From: Coniocarpon cinnabarinum
Taxonomy: Eukaryota
Direction: 5' to 3'
Assembly: GCA_051942205.1 (NCBI GenBank)
Contig: JAVECO010000131.1
Location: forward strand, 1-64,000
DNA: 64,000 bases
Position numbers and translations under genes: made by a program. A model generated the notes under the pieces. It saw only the letters and a list, made by a program, of their open reading frames with translations. It had not been told where the DNA came from and made no database searches. Position 1 is the first letter of the stretch. Every line of letters begins with the position of its first letter. Positions 59,072 through 64,000 of this stretch are shown in pieces.

Positions 59072-62000
59072 CGGATTCTCGTGTCCTGATAAGCTCACGA
59101 GTGATGAGCTCTTCAGCCTCTGTTTTGCTCAGAGCAAGCATGATTTAGGATTGATTTGGCTTTTGAGTGTGTGCAGTGTAGAGGACTCGATGTCATGAAA
59201 TTCTACAGGATTTGAATGCCTCGTTGGAAGAATGACATTCGGACGTGCGAGTTCGATATATATGAACGAAACATGAAGAGGAAGAGGAGTCTTGAGTTCT
59301 TGGAGAGGCGGAGAGAACACGCCCTTTGTCGTTGAGTTCGTGTCATTACTAAATCCGTCACGACATGCCAAGAAAACGGGAACCCCCTGTGATCTCCTCT
59401 GAAATTTGTGATATGATGTCGTGTCCCTAAGCTGCGACCCATGAATTTGCAGGACTTTTCGACAGCACAAATCTTCTTGCAACTACATCAGAAGGACGAT
59501 GTAGGAAAGACAGTAATGCTGCTTCCAGCTCCTTCAGCAGAGGTGTGGAAACTTTTCCAGGCTCTGAGCTAGTCGACCGCGATGATTTCTGCTTCCCATT
59601 GCTATCCAAGTGAGACTGCACTACCCTTGGCGAGTCTAGGTCCCATCTTCTCTTTTGTAGCGACGCTTTGCCTAGACTTTCGCCCCTTCAACTTTCAGAC
59701 GTAGTCCAGGTCTGTGGCACGGATGAATGTCGTCTGTTTATCGATGGTTCCAACTGGATAGCGCAAAGCATTCGCTGTTGTGCAACCAATCGCGGTGGTT
59801 GTGCACTTGCAGTCTGTAAGACTCAGATGTAAAGTTAACAGTAGCTCCGGATGACCTTCCCCCGAGTAGTTCAGGGCTCCAAACGCTTTGTGAGGCCGGA
59901 CCTGCTGTTAAGTTTGAACAAAGTCCGCAGTCCTCAGCGATCTCAAGCGCCGGGGAGCAGTGGAGCGTTTTTCAGTGTACCTGGACCTGGCAAATTCATA
60001 CTCGAGATTCTTCAGCCTGGACTCCCTCTTACAGCCTCGTCGAGCTTCATTCATTTCCGTTGGCCAGAGTTCTTGCGCATACCCGACATTAGATTCCCAA
60101 CAATGTATGCGTCTGCACATTCATCACGACTCATGAGCTGCAAGGAGACACAGCGCGGCATCCACATGTGTCGATTGCCAGATCCCCTTTCACGACAGCA
60201 CGTTCACGGACAGTCGCAATGCCTGCATGCCCCTGCTTTAGGCAGCGCTCCCACCCCTCCACTTCCCATTCAAGAAGGGCGAATCCCAGGTGGGCAACCT
60301 TCATGTCCGCAGCCGCCACATCCCTGTCACGAGATGCCAGAAGGCGGATGCACATGCACCTGTCCATGTCCATGTCACTGTGCTGCGGTGTTGCTCGAGG
60401 CCAGGTGCGAGTTCGGGGAAGCAGGAGCTGCTGTCAACTTTTTAAAGTGCCCGGCCTCGCAAGCTCGTGATGCATAAGCTTCTGCGCATGGGGTGGTACG
60501 TGGCTGACACTGTATGCTGTGGTAGATATAGGCATGGTCCTAGCTCCCTAAGGATGGCGTCGAGTCGTCCTAAACAATGGTCTGTGGCCGTATGTCATAC
60601 TTTCAAGGCGCAGAAGTGTGTGCGGCTACTGTCATGCTTGATGTTGCGCTATACCTGTGCGTGATGAATTGAACATACGGATAGCCGAAGCATTGCTAGA
60701 TTATTTTGATGGCGCCTATCCTCCTCCGTCCTCGGGCAAAAGGCCAACTCGATGCTGTTACACAAAAGGCACGAGCCATCGCCGACTCCCCGTAAGGCGC
60801 CGCAACAGATCGATTCGATGGTAACGCAAAAAGGTGAGCTTGTTGAACAGGTTGGCCTGGACCTCGAAGCGGATGAAGATTGCCTTCTGCAGACCCTCCG
60901 CGGTCTACCATGTGATCTTCAACCACCTACATACCCCTCAGCTGCTCCAGAATGCGCCACATTCCTGCAAATGCATATGGTGTGGCGGTCCCCACTCCTT
61001 TCTCACAAGCGTGCAGCGGGAGAATCCGTCTCTTCGTTAAGCATTCAAGCTTATGCGGGTCGATCCAGGCAGGAAGCCTTTCGCTATGCGTCATGTCGTT
61101 ATGAATCCGCGCCGCCATGGATAGTGAAGAGGTGCTGTCGTCATTGAGAAATGCCATCTCCTTCGTCACGCGTCTCGATGAGCGACCGGTGTCTAGACGC
61201 TTTCACGTCAGGAGAGGCACAATTTGAATTCCATCAAAGACCCCGAGAGGCTCTTTGACTGTGGTATAGTAGATTTGGAAAGCGTGGCCTGCATATAGCC
61301 ATGAAAGCAAGGTAGTGGGGAAAAAGGGCCAATTGCTTCTCAACGTTGAGCGGATGATGGCGAATGCACCGGCAGATGGACTCGGGAACGCTGTTTGAGG
61401 CCAGCGTCGACGTCGTGGTGGCTGTTTCATCGACACTACGCATACGCCACGGGCCACTCCTCCAAAGGGGCACCCCATCTAAAGCATGCGCACTGCGAGG
61501 ACCAGCAGCATTTGTCACTGGGTCAAGGAATAGGAGAAGAGAGAGCGTGTGGCGCAAGAAATGACGAGACAGAAGCGAGGTGAAATAAAGGCGGTTTTGT
61601 ACTACAAGACAGATCGGGCAGGACCAGGCATGTGACACTGATCGTGCAGGCCGTTATGTCACCTTTCAACGCCGTACCAGATACCGGGTTGGCTGTGCCG
61701 CATGCATGATCTGCGTTGTTTTTGCAACGGCTTGCTTTGCAGTAGCCATCATGCCAGCTGCAATCTCTAAACCACATTGACGTAACAGTGAGGGTGGACT
61801 GTTGAGAGGATGACATTTCATTGGCGACGGCTAAATGTATTTGCCCTACAGTCGCGCTTGGACCAAACACATAGCAATGGATCAAGTGCTGTCAGATCCT
61901 CAGACCTTACCACCGCTGGGGTCTCCGCTCATGTTGAGGAGCAATGGCAGCGGTGAAAATTATTGCTGCTCCGCTCTTCATCCTGCAGATATTCTATGCC

Positions 62001-64000
62001 ACGGGGTTTGAATATGCCTTCCGAGGCGAAGGCCACCACCTGATCCGATATGTGTGCTGGTTTGTCAGACCGCAGTCGGCTCATGAGCCAGCGAGGGATG
62101 CTCAAGCAAATTTTGGTGGGGCAGACCTGTTGAAGGCAAGACTCAAAAGTTCACGTTGGCAATGCCAACGGCTTCCGCCGTCAAACCCTCGACATGGTGC
62201 TGCTGTGCTGTCAATCTGCACCAGTGGACGGAAATGCTGCTCACGCAACCTCCGCTCGTTAAGCTCCTTGGTCGCGTTTTGTCCGGGGAAATATCGATAC
62301 ATCTTAGACTTTACGTTTTGTGCGAGGTAGCTTAATCTTCTGCTGGTCTCCATAGTTTACATGCAGTGCACATTGGTCCTATGCCAGCGCATGAAGCGAG
62401 TCTACGCAGGCAGGAACGAGAGCACTAGACACCTTGATAGGTTTTCTGACCGTTGAGCTTTCGATCTGAATATCGTGGCTATCAGGTGTACGGCCCCGTG
62501 AAGATGCCGGTCACAGGTGAATCTAACGATTAATCCGAGGCAGGACCAACAGATTGCCCATCTTATCAATGTCCTCCAAGCCATTGAGACTGCGCTGGAT
62601 AGGTCTAGGATTTGATAATATTGGAATCACAAAGAACAAGCTTAGGGTCAAATTACCATGTTGCAGCAGAGTAGATAACTTCAGCTACCCAGACGCGAAC
62701 GCAGATCGATGTCACATACGTTTGTTCCGAGTGCAAAGGACCCAGTACTCATGTGCAGACAAGGTCTTGACGCCAGAGTAATCATGTAGTGCGGCAGAAG
62801 GAATATACTGTTTATGTGCTCTGATTACTTATCTTTGAGACGATCAGTCTTTGCTGCCAACGACTTCTTTGTTGCAAGTGAGACACTCAGTGGCCAGGCA
62901 GGATCGTTCTTAAGTGCAAGGGTGTCCGGGTTTCTCAAGCATACTGCTGAAGAGCAAGCAAAGGTGAAAGCCCTGATCCCACTATCGTACTCGTTCCCAG
63001 CGAAGACATGTCATTGTGAGCAGAAGGCCAGCTCGGGTGCCGGTGCGCTCAATGAGGGAGCAACTGAGGGCATAGTCACCTGTGTGAGAGAAAGCAGAAA
63101 AACTAGAACCTTGCGGGTGCACAATCTAGTAATGCTACGGTCAGTGCGTGAAATGATTTCTGCTCCCCATGCTAGTCGATGCTCGGACACCTTCCGAGCA
63201 AGAGAGCTGACGGCTCCACGGAGATCCATCAACGCTTGAGGAAGATGGAGCAGTAAACGTAGCCAAAGGATTGTAGCATCCGTGTACCGAAGTGCAGAGC
63301 GTTGGTAAGGGTGAGCAAGAATCCGCAGGCAGACCACGGCATTTGAGCCTGCCGCCGCGACAATCCCTTCACTTTGCGAGGCTGTAGCCACAATGGGTGC
63401 ACTTTCCGTGGGCACGGGAGACGGTTCGGCTTGGGAATCTATTGCAGCCTTGAATGAAGCGCCACGCGCTTTGGCCATTGCTGTAACTGTAGCCAGCTCG
63501 GGCCACGCGTACTAATATTTGGAAAAAGGAAAAAGGCATTCGCTCTTGATGCGAAGCGGTGAAGAAGCGCAAGCCGCGCCCGTCCGTGCCCTGCAAATGC
63601 GCGGCATACCAGCCAAAGACGCGGGAACATCAGACTTGAGGCGAGGACCATTTCCCGTTAGAAACGTTGCACTGAAGCTGGCTTTCGAAGGGGCCATTAT
63701 CTGAGGAACGGGTCGTGTGAGGGGTCGTAGATACGTACTCCGCAAGAGCCACGTGCCTTGGCGATCGAAAAGGTGGAGGCGCCAGCTTTGTCACCAGATC
63801 CTCTGGAGCCCAGGCCTGGAAATCGTCATGTGTAGAAGCGCCTGTTTGTTCTCGTTCTTGCAAGCCTAATTCTCGCTAAAGCGTTTCGAGTGCCATCCAC
63901 GCGCCTTGTGGGGCTTGCAATGGGGTGATCAAGTGTTGCGCATGCCAACCTATGGTTCACACACTTCGGACCCGACGCAGGTTGAGAATTTTTCATGCCA

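Noticed and set aside
59058..59104. 14-bp direct repeat AAGCTCACGAGTGA duplicating the permease stop region
   Set aside because: A single small local duplication with a 19-nt spacer and no element structure.
1..64000. tRNA, rRNA, snRNA genes, transposase/RT ORFs and telomere repeats
   Set aside because: None recognised by eye. tRNAscan-SE, Infernal and RepeatMasker would be needed to exclude them formally.

Overview
Eukaryotic, intron-containing DNA of a filamentous ascomycete (Pezizomycotina-type GT-AG introns with CTRAY branch sites). There is no prokaryotic system, CRISPR array, rRNA or tRNA that I can support. The window is mostly a housekeeping neighbourhood: the 3' end of SWD2, a Clg1/Pcl-type cyclin, a peroxisomal acyl-CoA thioesterase, MFAP1, GPI12, an alternative NADH dehydrogenase, an LDB19/ART1-type arrestin, UTP8-like, ELG1, SPB1, RPA3, GTPBP1 and a YML020W-like hydrolase. 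It also holds a run of secreted-enzyme genes (GH28 endopolygalacturonase, type-B carboxylesterase, AA11 LPMO) and an amino-acid permease. The least explained elements are (i) a perfect 45-bp inverted repeat enclosing a decayed palindromic, TpA-rich spacer at 3415-3764 (hairpin RNA or foldback/MITE candidate), (ii) a spliced 56-aa glycine-rich microprotein candidate at 50680-50899 not shown as such in the ORF track, (iii) tandem uORFs ahead of the cyclin, and (iv) an island of orphan ORFs at about 16.5-22.1 kb. All family calls come from motif recognition by eye; no searches were run.
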